From the NCBI GenBank assembly GCA_050239825.1, contig JBFXGO010000001.1:78258-142257 (forward strand): DNA of 64,000 nucleotides, in the 5' to 3' direction. Below the pieces are notes generated by a model. The model did not search any database and was not told the DNA's origin. It saw only the letters and a list, made by a program, of their open reading frames with translations. This document shows, in pieces, positions 21,234-31,009 of the stretch. A program made the translations under genes and the position numbers. Position 1 is the stretch's first letter, and every line of letters starts with the position of its first letter. The stretch is from a bacterium. GTDB lineage: Bacteria; Hydrothermota; 32-111.

Positions 21234-22913
21234 ATGAAGAGATTGAATGAAAAGAATTTTTTTATTATTTTTCTACTTATATGTTTCATAATTCTTACGC
21301 TGATAGGCATTGCGCATTTGATATCAGTCTATTATGTCAATAATACTATTTATGAAAACCACAGAAATCTCACAGAAAGACTCTTAAAGACAGCAGAAAA
21401 CGGAATAACCTATTACATAAATGAAATTCAAAATGACATGACTGTCTTATCAAAGGCTGAGGATATAAAGTATTTCAGCAGGGGGGGAGAGAATCATGTG
21501 GAGCAATTTCAGCAGAGCAACAAAGATATATACACGAATGTGTCAAGATTGGATAAGTATGGCAAATTAAAGTATACTTTTCCAAAGAATCCCGCGTCAC
21601 TGGGAAAGGACCTGCTTTTTCAGGAACACAACAAAAAGCTCTTTGAAGAAAAAATAGCTGTTATATCAAGGCCATTCATGGCTGTTCAGGGATATAAAGC
21701 CATAGCAATTGCCATTCCGGTTTTTCAGGGAGATTCTTTTGACGGGTGTATTTCCGGACTAATTCCTTTTGACAGAATGTGGGAGCTGTATGTGAAGCAT
21801 ATAAAACCCACGGATAATTCTTTTGTCATACTTGCAAATCAAGAGGGAGGCATAATATATTCACCTGAATATATGTGCCAGTATGACAATGTCAGGCAGA
21901 TGATGGATATATTCAGATTTGACGATTCTCTGTCATTTGATACGACATCGGACTATGCTCTTCAAAGAATTTCCGTTATTAAAGACCAAAACAACAAGCT
22001 TAAAAACAGCAGGTACTCTCTTATAAAATCCTCTCTCAGAATAGGAGACGACATCTGGTATCTGCTTGTTTACACGCCTGACAATGACATAAAATCTATA
22101 TATCAGCTTGTCTTTAAGAGCCAAACTGTCTTTGCCTACCTGATAATTTTCCTGCTCGTTTTTACTGCCATTTCATTTATCAAGATACTAAATCAAAGGA
22201 TCGAAGAGAAGAACAAACTGGTGCAGGAGATTTTTGAGGAGAAGCGTTTCTCAGAGGGAGAGAAGGAGTTTCTTGAAAATATCATAAAATCAATAATAAA
22301 AGTCAACGGACTCTATCTATTTGTTCTGAAATCATCGGGAGAAATTGTCTTTCACAATCAGCAGGTTCTTGATGCTAAAAACTTCTACGAACTGACTGAT
22401 TCCGCAAAAAAGAAGCATGTAAAGGAGTCCTTTGATTTTATTTACGAAAAGAACAGAGTGACTGCCATGATGATAGAGTTGGAGCTCTCTTCAAAGTATA
22501 TAAATATTCTTTTCAACATTTCATCATTCACATTTAAGGAGGAGAGGTTCATTGTTCTTATGGGATTTGAATATTCAAAAATAAAGGATGTAAGCATAAT
22601 TTCGGACATTTTTGCAGATTCTTTCAAGAAATGGTATACCAATGATAAGATGCTCTGCTTCATTGAAAGTTCGGGCAGGATTATCGCGGCGAACAGGATG
22701 TTTCAGAGGAGGTTTAACAGCCCCGAGTCGATTCTGTCGATAAAGAACTCCGATGAAAATCCACCTCTGGAAAAGGTTATAGCTGAAGTGTATGAGAATG
22801 TGAACGAGGTTGTGATTGACCTGCGGCTTGACGGGAATAACAATAAAATGACCCTCATACCCATTGTAAACGAATTCCTCAAAGTGGAATACATAGCCGT
22901 AGAGATAAGCTGA
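21234..22913 (+). CDS. Membrane sensor with dCache-like periplasmic domain and cytoplasmic PAS-like domains; no output domain recognised
   Basis: Two TM helices flanking VISRPF...IAIAIPV...GCISG; coiled coil; PAS-like segments (LCFIESSGRIIAANRMF). Confidence 0.7.
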   Translation: MKRLNEKNFFIIFLLICFIILTLIGIAHLISVYYVNNTIYENHRNLTERLLKTAENGITYYINEIQNDMTVLSKAEDIKYFSRGGENHVEQFQQSNKDIYTNVSRLDKYGKLKYTFPKNPASLGKDLLFQEHNKKLFEEKIAVISRPFMAVQGYKAIAIAIPVFQGDSFDGCISGLIPFDRMWELYVKHIKPTDNSFVILANQEGGIIYSPEYMCQYDNVRQMMDIFRFDDSLSFDTTSDYALQRISVIKDQNNKLKNSRYSLIKSSLRIGDDIWYLLVYTPDNDIKSIYQLVFKSQTVFAYLIIFLLVFTAISFIKILNQRIEEKNKLVQEIFEEKRFSEGEKEFLENIIKSIIKVNGLYLFVLKSSGEIVFHNQQVLDAKNFYELTDSAKKKHVKESFDFIYEKNRVTAMMIELELSSKYINILFNISSFTFKEERFIVLMGFEYSKIKDVSIISDIFADSFKKWYTNDKMLCFIESSGRIIAANRMFQRRFNSPESILSIKNSDENPPLEKVIAEVYENVNEVVIDLRLDGNNNKMTLIPIVNEFLKVEYIAVEIS

Positions 22914-22915
22914 AT

Positions 22916-23932
22916 ATGAAGGGCGTCCTTATGGGTGTGTCCGGAGGAATCGACTCTCTCGCGGCATCGCTTTATTTCAAGGAGAACAAATACAATGTAA
23001 TTCCGGCATATATAATTCTGACAGATATGCACTCTAATAAAGCTGACTCAGTTAGAAAGCTTTATGATTCATTTGGCATGAAAGTCGAAGTTAAGGATGA
23101 GCGCAGACTTTTCAAAGAGAAGGTAATCGACTACTTTTCAAATGCGTATAGAGTGGGCATCACTCCGAACCCCTGTGCCATGTGCAACAGAATGATAAAA
23201 TTCCCACTTCTAAAAAAATACTCTGAGGAATTTGAGTGCGACTTCTTTTCCACAGGGCACTATGTGAGAATTCTCAACAGAAGAATATTCAAAGCCAAAG
23301 ACGAATCGAAAGACCAGTCGTATTTTTTGTCAACAGTAAAAAAGGAAGACCTTGATAAATTCATCAATACTCCTTTGGCAGATGCCAAAAAAAAGGATAT
23401 CAGAGAAAGACTGATTGATAAGATTGAAATCACAGAGAAAGAATCTCAGGAGATATGCTTCATAGACAACAATGATTATGCTGACTTCCTTGAAACTTAT
23501 AGAGGGTTTAAGGAGCAGAGAGGCAGTTTCATAGATGATGAAGGAATGAAAATCGGAGAACATCGCGGATACTACAGGTACACTGTCGGAGAGAGAAGAA
23601 ACCTCGGGATGGGATTTAACAGGAGAATGTATGTAAAGTCAGTTGACAGTGAAAAAAATGAAGTTCACTTGACTGACAGGGAGAATCTCAAGAGTAAGAG
23701 ATTTTCCATTGAAATTATTGAGATGTTTGAAAAACTCTCGGACAAAGAGTATTTAGTAAAAACAAGGTACAGGCAAAAAGAAGTTCCGGGCAGAGCCTCT
23801 TTGACAAGTGAAAATTCAGCGGATATAATTCTGAATGAAGATATGGAGGCAATCACACCCGGCCAGATATGCGCAGTTTATGAAAAAGATATGGTTGTCG
23901 CATCGGGATTTATCACTAAAGAAACATGGTAA
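22916..23932 (+). CDS. mnmA: tRNA 2-thiouridine(34) synthase
   Basis: SGGIDS, TPNPCAMCN, TGHY, KDQSYFL, ESQEICF, AITPGQ. Confidence 0.97.
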   Translation: MKGVLMGVSGGIDSLAASLYFKENKYNVIPAYIILTDMHSNKADSVRKLYDSFGMKVEVKDERRLFKEKVIDYFSNAYRVGITPNPCAMCNRMIKFPLLKKYSEEFECDFFSTGHYVRILNRRIFKAKDESKDQSYFLSTVKKEDLDKFINTPLADAKKKDIRERLIDKIEITEKESQEICFIDNNDYADFLETYRGFKEQRGSFIDDEGMKIGEHRGYYRYTVGERRNLGMGFNRRMYVKSVDSEKNEVHLTDRENLKSKRFSIEIIEMFEKLSDKEYLVKTRYRQKEVPGRASLTSENSADIILNEDMEAITPGQICAVYEKDMVVASGFITKETW

Positions 23933-23935
23933 GAA

Positions 23936-24016
23936 TGCCGGGGAAGGGACTTGAACCCTTACGGGAATCCCACACGCCCCTTAAACGTGCGCGTCTGCCA
24001 GTTTCGCCACCCCGGC
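23936..24016 (-). tRNA. tRNA-Leu with anticodon AAG
   Basis: Reverse complement GCCGGGGTGGCGAAACTGGCAGACGCG CACGT TTAAGGG GCGTG...GGGTTCAAGTCCC TTCCCCGGCA; long variable arm; anticodon loop TT-AAG-GG; CCA not encoded. Confidence 0.9.
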
Positions 24017-24028
24017 ATGTAAAAGAAG

Positions 24029-24101
<73 letters not shown>

Positions 24102-24112
24102 GTGAATTGAAT

Positions 24113-24140
24113 ATAATACATATTACCGAAAAAAAGTCAA
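24113..24140 (-). promoter_or_regulatory. Putative sigma70 promoter of the tRNA-Phe/tRNA-Leu pair
   Basis: Minus strand TTGACT-N16-TATTAT, 11 nt upstream of tRNA-Phe. Confidence 0.55.
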
Positions 24141-24292
24141 GAGGAAACAAAAAAAAGAAACAGATTGTTCGTCAAAAACAAAACTTTTTTGTTTTGCTGT
24201 TTTCTCTTCATGTCGGCTTTTTCTTAATTAGGTATTGAAATAATTATAATAATTATTATAATATAAAACTCAAATTACAAATTGGAGGTCTT

Positions 24293-25381
24293 GTGATAAA
24301 GAAAACCGCATTTTTCGATATGCATGTTCAGAACAAAGGCAAGATAGTACCCTTTGCCGGTTTTGAAATGCCGGTTCAGTTCAAGGGCGTCATTGATGAG
24401 ATAAAAAGAGTGCGCTCAACAGTGGGAGTCTTCGATGTATCCCACATGGGGGAATTCATAGTGACAGGAGAGAGAAGGAAGGAGTTTGTTGATTATATCA
24501 CCACCAACTCTGTCGCCTCTATGGAGGACCATCAGGTTCAGTATTCAAACTTTCTCTATGAGAACGGAGGAATAGTCGACGACCTTCTTGTCTACAACCT
24601 TAAGGATAAGATAATGCTTGTGGTGAATGCATCAAACTGCGAGAAAGATTTCGATTGGGTCATGAAAAACAGGTGGGATGATGTCATTGTCGAAAATATT
24701 TCCGACAAAATTTCACAACTGGCGGTTCAGGGTCCGGTCGCTGAAAAGGTTATTCAAAAACTAACGGACTATCCGCTTGAAAAGATGCCCTTCTACTACT
24801 GCGCCGAAACAAAGGTGTGCGGAATTGAAATGGTCATATCCCGCACCGGATACACGGGAGAGGACGGGTTTGAGCTTTACTTCTACAATGAAAACGCAAA
24901 GAAGATGTGGGACGAAATATTCAGCGCAGGCAAAGAGTTTGACATAGAGCCGATAGGACTGGCGGCGCGCGACACTCTGCGCCTTGAAATGAGGTATATG
25001 CTCTACGGGAATGATATAAACCAGGATACAACTCCCCTTGAAGCAGGCACAGGCTGGGCTGTCAAAATGGAGAAGGGCAAATTCATAGGAAGGGATGCTC
25101 TGATAAGGCAAAAGGAAGATGGCCTCAAGAGAAAGCTTGTTTGTTTTGAAATGCTTGATAAGGCTATACCGAGGCACGGATACGAAATATTTGCAGAAGA
25201 CAAAAAAGTGGGAGAGGTGACAAGCGGAAACTTCTCACCTTCCACCGATAAATACATAGGTCTGGGGTATGTCGATTCACCTTACAACAAACCCGGGCAG
25301 GATCTATTCATAGAGATTAGAGGAAAGAAAAAAGCAGTGGTTGTAAAACCGCCTTTCTATAAAAATGCAACACACAAATAA
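24293..25381 (+). CDS. gcvT: Glycine cleavage system aminomethyltransferase T
   Basis: FDVSHMGE, SRTGYTGEDGFE, GLAARDTLRLE. Confidence 0.97.
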   Translation: MIKKTAFFDMHVQNKGKIVPFAGFEMPVQFKGVIDEIKRVRSTVGVFDVSHMGEFIVTGERRKEFVDYITTNSVASMEDHQVQYSNFLYENGGIVDDLLVYNLKDKIMLVVNASNCEKDFDWVMKNRWDDVIVENISDKISQLAVQGPVAEKVIQKLTDYPLEKMPFYYCAETKVCGIEMVISRTGYTGEDGFELYFYNENAKKMWDEIFSAGKEFDIEPIGLAARDTLRLEMRYMLYGNDINQDTTPLEAGTGWAVKMEKGKFIGRDALIRQKEDGLKRKLVCFEMLDKAIPRHGYEIFAEDKKVGEVTSGNFSPSTDKYIGLGYVDSPYNKPGQDLFIEIRGKKKAVVVKPPFYKNATHK

Positions 25382-25397
25382 CAAATGAGGAGGAACA

Positions 25398-25787
25398 ATG
25401 AATACGCCCAATAATCTTAAATACACAAAAACCCACGAATGGGTTAAAATAGAGAATGACACGGCAATTGAGGGAATAACCGATTTTGCCCAGTCGGAGC
25501 TTTCCGACATAGCATTTGTAGAGTTTCCTGAAAAGGGAAGAAAAATCGCGCAGGGTGATGTTATAGGAACGATAGAGGCGGTAAAGGCTGTCTCAGACCT
25601 TGTAGCGGCTGTATCAGGAGAGATAATCGAAGTCAACGAAGCTCTGAAAAGCTCCCCGGATAAGATAAACACAAGCGCATTTGAAGAGGGCTGGATAGTC
25701 AAAATCAAGATTTCAAATCCTGATGATGTGAAAAAGCTGATGAACGCCGATGAGTATGCCAAGCATTGCGAAACAAGCCACCACTGA
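25398..25787 (+). CDS. gcvH: Glycine cleavage system H protein
   Basis: YTKTHEW, GITDFAQ, lipoyl-Lys context IEAVKAVSD. Confidence 0.96.
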   Translation: MNTPNNLKYTKTHEWVKIENDTAIEGITDFAQSELSDIAFVEFPEKGRKIAQGDVIGTIEAVKAVSDLVAAVSGEIIEVNEALKSSPDKINTSAFEEGWIVKIKISNPDDVKKLMNADEYAKHCETSHH

Positions 25788-25794
25788 GGGAAAA

Positions 25795-27129
25795 ATGAAA
25801 TATATTCCGGCAAATGAGGCAGAGAAAGAGAGACTATTAAAAGAAATTGGAGTTTCTTCTTTTGAGAAACTTATAGATTACATTCCGAAGAGTGTGCGCG
25901 AGTGCTGTCTTAACCTTGAAAACGGGAAAAGCGAACATGAACTTTTGAGGGAGTTCAAAAAACTTGCAGACCAAAATATCACAACCGATGACAAAATCTC
26001 TTTTATGGGATGCGGCATATACGACCACTATATTCCGCCGGTGATAAAGCATATAATCTCTCGTCCGGAGTTTTACACAGCGTATACTCCATACCAGCCG
26101 GAGGTATCGCAGGGCACCCTGCAATCAATCTATGAATACCAATCGATGGCCTGTGAACTCTTCTCTATGGAGATAGCAAATGCTTCAATGTATGACGGAG
26201 CAACCGCAACAGCAGAAGCCTGTCACATGGCAATGTCTATCAAAAACAAACACAGGGTTCTTTTAAGCGACGGTCTTCATCCTGTCATAAAAGAGGTAAT
26301 ACACACCTATCTGAAAGGTCAAAATATTGAATGCGAGAGCGTGAATCTTAAAGACGGGGCTCTTGATATTGAAGATCTTAAAAATAAAGCTGGAGATGCC
26401 TATGCGGCATTCGTACTTCAGACACCCAACTTTTTTGGAGTCATAGAGGACGGAGAAGCGATAGGAAGCATAGTGAAAGAGAAGGGAATGATGTATATAG
26501 TAAACCAGAATCCCATGTCTCTTCCTATACTTAAACCGGCTGGAAAGATGGGAGCAGACATTGCAGTGGGAGAGGCGCAGGTCTTTGGAATAAGCCAGTC
26601 ATACGGCGGACCGCTTCTTGGAATGTTTACTTCAAAGAAAGAGTTTTCAAGGAGCATGCCGGGAAGAATAATCGCCAGAACAGTCGATAAAAACCAAAAG
26701 CAGGGCTTTGTGATGACTCTTCAGACAAGAGAACAGCACATCAGAAGAGAGAAGGCAACATCCAATATATGCACAAATGAGGGGCTATGCATGCTTATGG
26801 CGACAGTATATCTGGAATCAATGGGAAAAGCAGGTTTAAAGCAGGTTGCGGCAGATTCACTTCTATCAGCTCATTATCTTGCGGAACAATTGTCGAAAAC
26901 AAAGGCAGAGCTTCTTCATCCCTCTCAGGAATTTTTCAATGAGTTTGCAATCAGATTAGACAATCTTGATGAAGTCTACGGGAAGATGAAAGAGAGAGGT
27001 TTTTTAATGGGCGTCAAGCTCGAAAGGTTTTCGAAGGACTACAAGAACATTCTGCTTATTGCTTCCACTGAGACTAAGAGCAAAGACGACATAGACAGTT
27101 TCATTAAAAATATGAAAGAGGTAATATGA
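25795..27129 (+). CDS. gcvPA: Glycine dehydrogenase (decarboxylating) subunit 1
   Basis: TAYTPYQPEVSQG, NASMYDGA, REQHIRREKATSNICTN; start moved to ATG 25795. Confidence 0.96.
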   Translation: MKYIPANEAEKERLLKEIGVSSFEKLIDYIPKSVRECCLNLENGKSEHELLREFKKLADQNITTDDKISFMGCGIYDHYIPPVIKHIISRPEFYTAYTPYQPEVSQGTLQSIYEYQSMACELFSMEIANASMYDGATATAEACHMAMSIKNKHRVLLSDGLHPVIKEVIHTYLKGQNIECESVNLKDGALDIEDLKNKAGDAYAAFVLQTPNFFGVIEDGEAIGSIVKEKGMMYIVNQNPMSLPILKPAGKMGADIAVGEAQVFGISQSYGGPLLGMFTSKKEFSRSMPGRIIARTVDKNQKQGFVMTLQTREQHIRREKATSNICTNEGLCMLMATVYLESMGKAGLKQVAADSLLSAHYLAEQLSKTKAELLHPSQEFFNEFAIRLDNLDEVYGKMKERGFLMGVKLERFSKDYKNILLIASTETKSKDDIDSFIKNMKEVI

Positions 27130-27368
27130 TATTTGTTTCAACTCTTGAAATAATTACCGGTAAAACAGATGAGGCGCTTGACCTTGTAAAACATGTTAAG
27201 CCGTCGGAAGAAGTCAAGGTACTCCATTTCCTGCAGATGTTCGGCAAGCCTGATTTCTTTTTAATATTTGAAGCTCCGAATGAGGAGGTTGCCATGGATT
27301 TTGTTTTGAATTTCTCGACAGCTATGGAATCCTCAACCCAGCTTGGCGTATCGGTAGATGAGCTGTGA
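27126..27368 (+). CDS. Small GYD/ferredoxin-like-fold protein
   Basis: 80 aa, translationally coupled on both sides; FGKPDFFLIFEAPNEE resembles the GYD motif. Confidence 0.6.
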   Translation: MIFVSTLEIITGKTDEALDLVKHVKPSEEVKVLHFLQMFGKPDFFLIFEAPNEEVAMDFVLNFSTAMESSTQLGVSVDEL

Positions 27369-27883
27369 TGGCTAAAGGATACATACACATATATACAGGC
27401 AGTGGCAAGGGAAAGACCACTGCGGCGTTTGGACTTGCGGTAAGGTCGCTTGGACATTCAAAGAGAGTCGCCGTCATTCAGTTTCTCAAGAACGATGTGA
27501 ATTACGGAGAAGTTAAGTTCCTCTCCAACTCTGCGGCGATTTTCCAGTTCGGCTCAAAAAAATTCGTTGACCCGAAGAATCCCACCAAAGACGACATTGA
27601 TCTTGCGAAAGAGGCGCTTTTGAAGAGCAGGGAAATTCTTTCTTCAGAGAGTTATGATTTGGTTATTCTGGATGAAATTATTGTTGCCGCATCATTGAAA
27701 CTGATATCCGAAAATGATGTGCTTTCACTGATGAAGGGCAAGTCCGAGAGCATTGAGCTTGTTTTGACAGGCAGGGGTGCGACTGAGAGAATGATAAATG
27801 AAGCAGACCTTGTCACTGAGATGAAGGAGGTTAAGCATTATTTCAAGCAGAAAGTCAATGCGCGGGAAGGAGTTGAATATTGA
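27365..27883 (+). CDS. cobO: Cob(I)alamin adenosyltransferase (CobA/CobO/BtuR)
   Basis: YTGSGKGKTTAAFG, QFLK, LVILDE, ELVLTGR, ADLVTEM. Confidence 0.93.
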   Translation: MMAKGYIHIYTGSGKGKTTAAFGLAVRSLGHSKRVAVIQFLKNDVNYGEVKFLSNSAAIFQFGSKKFVDPKNPTKDDIDLAKEALLKSREILSSESYDLVILDEIIVAASLKLISENDVLSLMKGKSESIELVLTGRGATERMINEADLVTEMKEVKHYFKQKVNAREGVEY

Positions 27884-28827
27884 ACCATCAGACTCTGCTT
27901 GTTGATTTCAAAGCAGGAAAAAGGTCTGCCCTCGCGAGAATGATAACTCTTGTCGATAATGAAGAGCATGAAGGTCTTGAATTTTTAAAAGAGAATTACG
28001 ACAAAAGAAATGATTCTTTCCGTCTCGGAATCACCGGCCCTCCGGGTGTCGGTAAATCCTCACTTATGAATCATCTTATAGAAAAGTTTGCTCAAAAATA
28101 TGGAAAAGTAGGGGTTATAGCAATTGACCCTTCAAGTCCCTTCACCGGAGGCGCGCTTCTTGGAGATAGGCTCAGAATGAACAAACTTTATGATTATGAA
28201 AATGTCTTTGTGCGTTCTCTGGCATCAAGAGGTTCTCTCGGCGGACTCTCTACATCAACCGAAAATGTCGCGCAGGTCATGGAGATTTACGGAATGGATA
28301 TTGTTTTGATCGAAACAGTTGGAGTGGGGCAGTCTGAGCTTGATGTGATGGAGATAACAGATGCTGTGGCAGTTGTATTGGTTCCTGAATCCGGAGATTC
28401 CATTCAGGCGATGAAGGCCGGATTGATGGAGATAGGAGACATCTTCATAGTAAATAAATCAGACAGAGAGGGCTCCGACAGGGCTGTTGAATTTATAAAA
28501 TCATCTCTCTCCTTCAAAAAAGCAAATGAAGCAAGAGATGTTCCGGTAATAAAAACCAGCTCGCTTAAAGATGAAAACATAGACCTTTTAGTTTCAGAGA
28601 TAGAGAAGACAAAGGAATACCTTACGGAATCGGGAAAGATAACAGAGAAAAGAAAAAACAGAAGAGAGAAAGAGGTAAGGGACCTTATCAGGGATATGTT
28701 TATTAAATCTATTGACAAATACATAAAAAATATGGAAAATATAGATGCCTCTCCCTATGAGAAGGCAAAGAGCATTATGGAAAAAACAGGATTAAATATT
28801 ACGGAGGATTTATGGAAAGAAAAATAA
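27880..28827 (+). CDS. meaB: Methylmalonyl-CoA mutase-associated GTPase
   Basis: [39 protein letters not shown]. Confidence 0.95.
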   Translation: MNHQTLLVDFKAGKRSALARMITLVDNEEHEGLEFLKENYDKRNDSFRLGITGPPGVGKSSLMNHLIEKFAQKYGKVGVIAIDPSSPFTGGALLGDRLRMNKLYDYENVFVRSLASRGSLGGLSTSTENVAQVMEIYGMDIVLIETVGVGQSELDVMEITDAVAVVLVPESGDSIQAMKAGLMEIGDIFIVNKSDREGSDRAVEFIKSSLSFKKANEARDVPVIKTSSLKDENIDLLVSEIEKTKEYLTESGKITEKRKNRREKEVRDLIRDMFIKSIDKYIKNMENIDASPYEKAKSIMEKTGLNITEDLWKEK

Positions 28828-29246
28828 GAGTTTTAGTGGCTAAGCCGGGTCTCGACGGGCATGACCGCGGCGCAAAAGTCATTGCGGCCGCCTTGACCGA
28901 TGCGGGAATGGAGGTTATCTATACGGGGCTTCACCAGACTCCGGAGAAGATAGTCAGAACAGCTATTGAAGAGGATGTTGATGTTATAGGCCTCTCGGTT
29001 CTTTCCGGAGCCCACATGTCGATATTTCCCAAAGTGATGGAGCTTCTGAAGAAGGAAGAAAAGAGAGACATTCTTCTCACCGGAGGCGGAATAATTCCGG
29101 CAGAGGATATGGAGGCGCTTCAAAAGATCGGAGTCGGAAAATTGTTCGGTCCCGGTTCGAAGACTCAGGACATTGCCGACTATATAGTCAACTGGCACAG
29201 TAAAAACCGAAAAAAGGAGAACACAGATGCACCTGCTTCTCAGTGA
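28812..29246 (+). CDS. Acyl-CoA mutase cobalamin-binding small subunit
   Basis: [13 protein letters not shown] (DxHxxG), [14 protein letters not shown]. Confidence 0.95.
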   Translation: MERKIRVLVAKPGLDGHDRGAKVIAAALTDAGMEVIYTGLHQTPEKIVRTAIEEDVDVIGLSVLSGAHMSIFPKVMELLKKEEKRDILLTGGGIIPAEDMEALQKIGVGKLFGPGSKTQDIADYIVNWHSKNRKKENTDAPASQ

Positions 29247-30393
29247 AGAATTGATAGAAGTCAAAAAACTTTCCCGTCAGATTGCTGAAGAGAAAGTTAA
29301 GCCTGTCAGGGAGGAGTTTGATGAGAAGAAGGAATTTCCCTATGAGATAATGAAATACTTGGGAAAATCAGACCTTTTCAGAGTATTTATACCTGAAGAG
29401 TATGACGGCATGGGTCTCGGAATCTCCGGTATGTCAATTGCAACAGAGGAACTTTCGCGCGTCTGCGCGGGTATAGCCCTCGGATATGCAGGCACCGGCC
29501 TCGGCACAATGCCGATAATTTTATTTGGAAGCGAAGAACAGAAGAAGAAGTATCTTCCTCAGATTGCTTCAGGTGAGAAGCTTGCGGCATTCGGCCTAAC
29601 GGAGGCAAATGCCGGGAGCGATGCTTCAAATATCCAGACGATAGCAAAAAAAGACGGTGACTATTTTGTTCTTTCCGGAACCAAGCAGTTCATAACCAAT
29701 GGCGAGGTTGCTGGAATATATACTGTCATTGCAAACACCGACCCTTCAAAGGGGATAAGAGGCCTCTCCGCATTCATAGTTGAAAAGGGAAGAGAGGGAT
29801 TCACATTCGGAAAGCATGAAAACAAAATGGGAATAAGGGCATCCGCAACTTCAGAGCTTGTCTTTGACAATTGCAGGGTTCATAAATCAGATATGCTTTC
29901 ATCTGAGGGGCAGGGATTCAAGGTTGCAATGAAGACTCTGGAATATTCAAGGCTCGGAGTGGGATCGCAAGCCCTCGGAATAGCACAGGGTGCATTTGAA
30001 GAGGCGGTTAAGTACGCCAATGAAAGAGTGCAGTTCAATCAGAAGATAATATCCTTCCAGATGATCCAGCAGATGATTGCTGACATGGCAATTGCAATTG
30101 AAGCGGGCAGGGCTCTTGCATACACAGGAATGAGGTATGTAGACGGAGGCGGAGCAGATGTTGCAAAGATAGGGTCAATGATAAAAACATACTGTTCGGA
30201 TATGGCGATGAAGGTCACCACCGATGCGGTTCAAGTTCTGGGCGGATACGGATACATAAAGGAGTACCCCGTGGAAAAGATGATGCGCGATGCTAAAATC
30301 ACGCAGATCTATGAGGGGACAAACCAGATTCAGAGACTGGTGCTTGCACAGGAGATATTAAAAAAGGGTTGTGAGATAAACGATATGTATTAA
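29227..30393 (+). CDS. Acyl-CoA dehydrogenase
   Basis: [40 protein letters not shown]. Confidence 0.96.
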   Translation: MHLLLSEELIEVKKLSRQIAEEKVKPVREEFDEKKEFPYEIMKYLGKSDLFRVFIPEEYDGMGLGISGMSIATEELSRVCAGIALGYAGTGLGTMPIILFGSEEQKKKYLPQIASGEKLAAFGLTEANAGSDASNIQTIAKKDGDYFVLSGTKQFITNGEVAGIYTVIANTDPSKGIRGLSAFIVEKGREGFTFGKHENKMGIRASATSELVFDNCRVHKSDMLSSEGQGFKVAMKTLEYSRLGVGSQALGIAQGAFEEAVKYANERVQFNQKIISFQMIQQMIADMAIAIEAGRALAYTGMRYVDGGGADVAKIGSMIKTYCSDMAMKVTTDAVQVLGGYGYIKEYPVEKMMRDAKITQIYEGTNQIQRLVLAQEILKKGCEINDMY

Positions 30394-30405
30394 TTGGAGG
30401 TAAAG

Positions 30406-31005
30406 ATGAAAAAGGTTGTTTCAATGATTGTTTTCGGGGTTATTCTTGTTTTTGCGGGATGCACCCTTCTTCCGTGGGTAAAGGATGCCAACAATATCTA
30501 TGACTGGTTTAAAAAACCGACAGAGGATGTTGTCTATTTATACAGAACCATAACTTATATTGACAATATAAATTTTAGCGATACAGAGAACTACCAGTTG
30601 AAATTCACCGATGTGGATGAAAATGATGATAATATCACAGTTCTTGTCAATGACGACGGCACAAACAGATACCTTGTGGCTGACAGGGATGAGAATATTA
30701 TATTCTACGGAAGAGACCAGTACTTCACAGATTATGACGAAGATGAAGTTTATCTTGAAGCGCCGGTCAATCTTGACAACTCATGGCCATGCAAAAAAGA
30801 GACAAGGTCTGTTGTTTCAATAGACACAACTGTAACTGTTGATGCAGGGACTTTTTCAGATGTGGTGAAGGTCAAGATAATAGAGGAGGATGCCGATTAT
30901 ATAGGATACTACTACTGGTCTATTTCAAGAGGACTCATATATTATGAAATAACATATGAGGATGGCTCTTATGTTAAGACGGAACTGACAGACATAGACG
31001 AGTAA
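30406..31005 (+). CDS. Acidic lipoprotein of unknown function
   Basis: GGAGG RBS; lipobox FAGC; VTVDAGTF motif. Confidence 0.7.
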   Translation: MKKVVSMIVFGVILVFAGCTLLPWVKDANNIYDWFKKPTEDVVYLYRTITYIDNINFSDTENYQLKFTDVDENDDNITVLVNDDGTNRYLVADRDENIIFYGRDQYFTDYDEDEVYLEAPVNLDNSWPCKKETRSVVSIDTTVTVDAGTFSDVVKVKIIEEDADYIGYYYWSISRGLIYYEITYEDGSYVKTELTDIDE

Positions 31006-31009
31006 AAAA

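Noticed and set aside
23936..24016. Reading the tRNA-Leu anticodon as TAA
   Set aside because: The stem register CACGT/GCGTG puts AAG at loop positions 3-5 with G37, as in NAG leucine tRNAs; TAA would break the 7-nt loop geometry.
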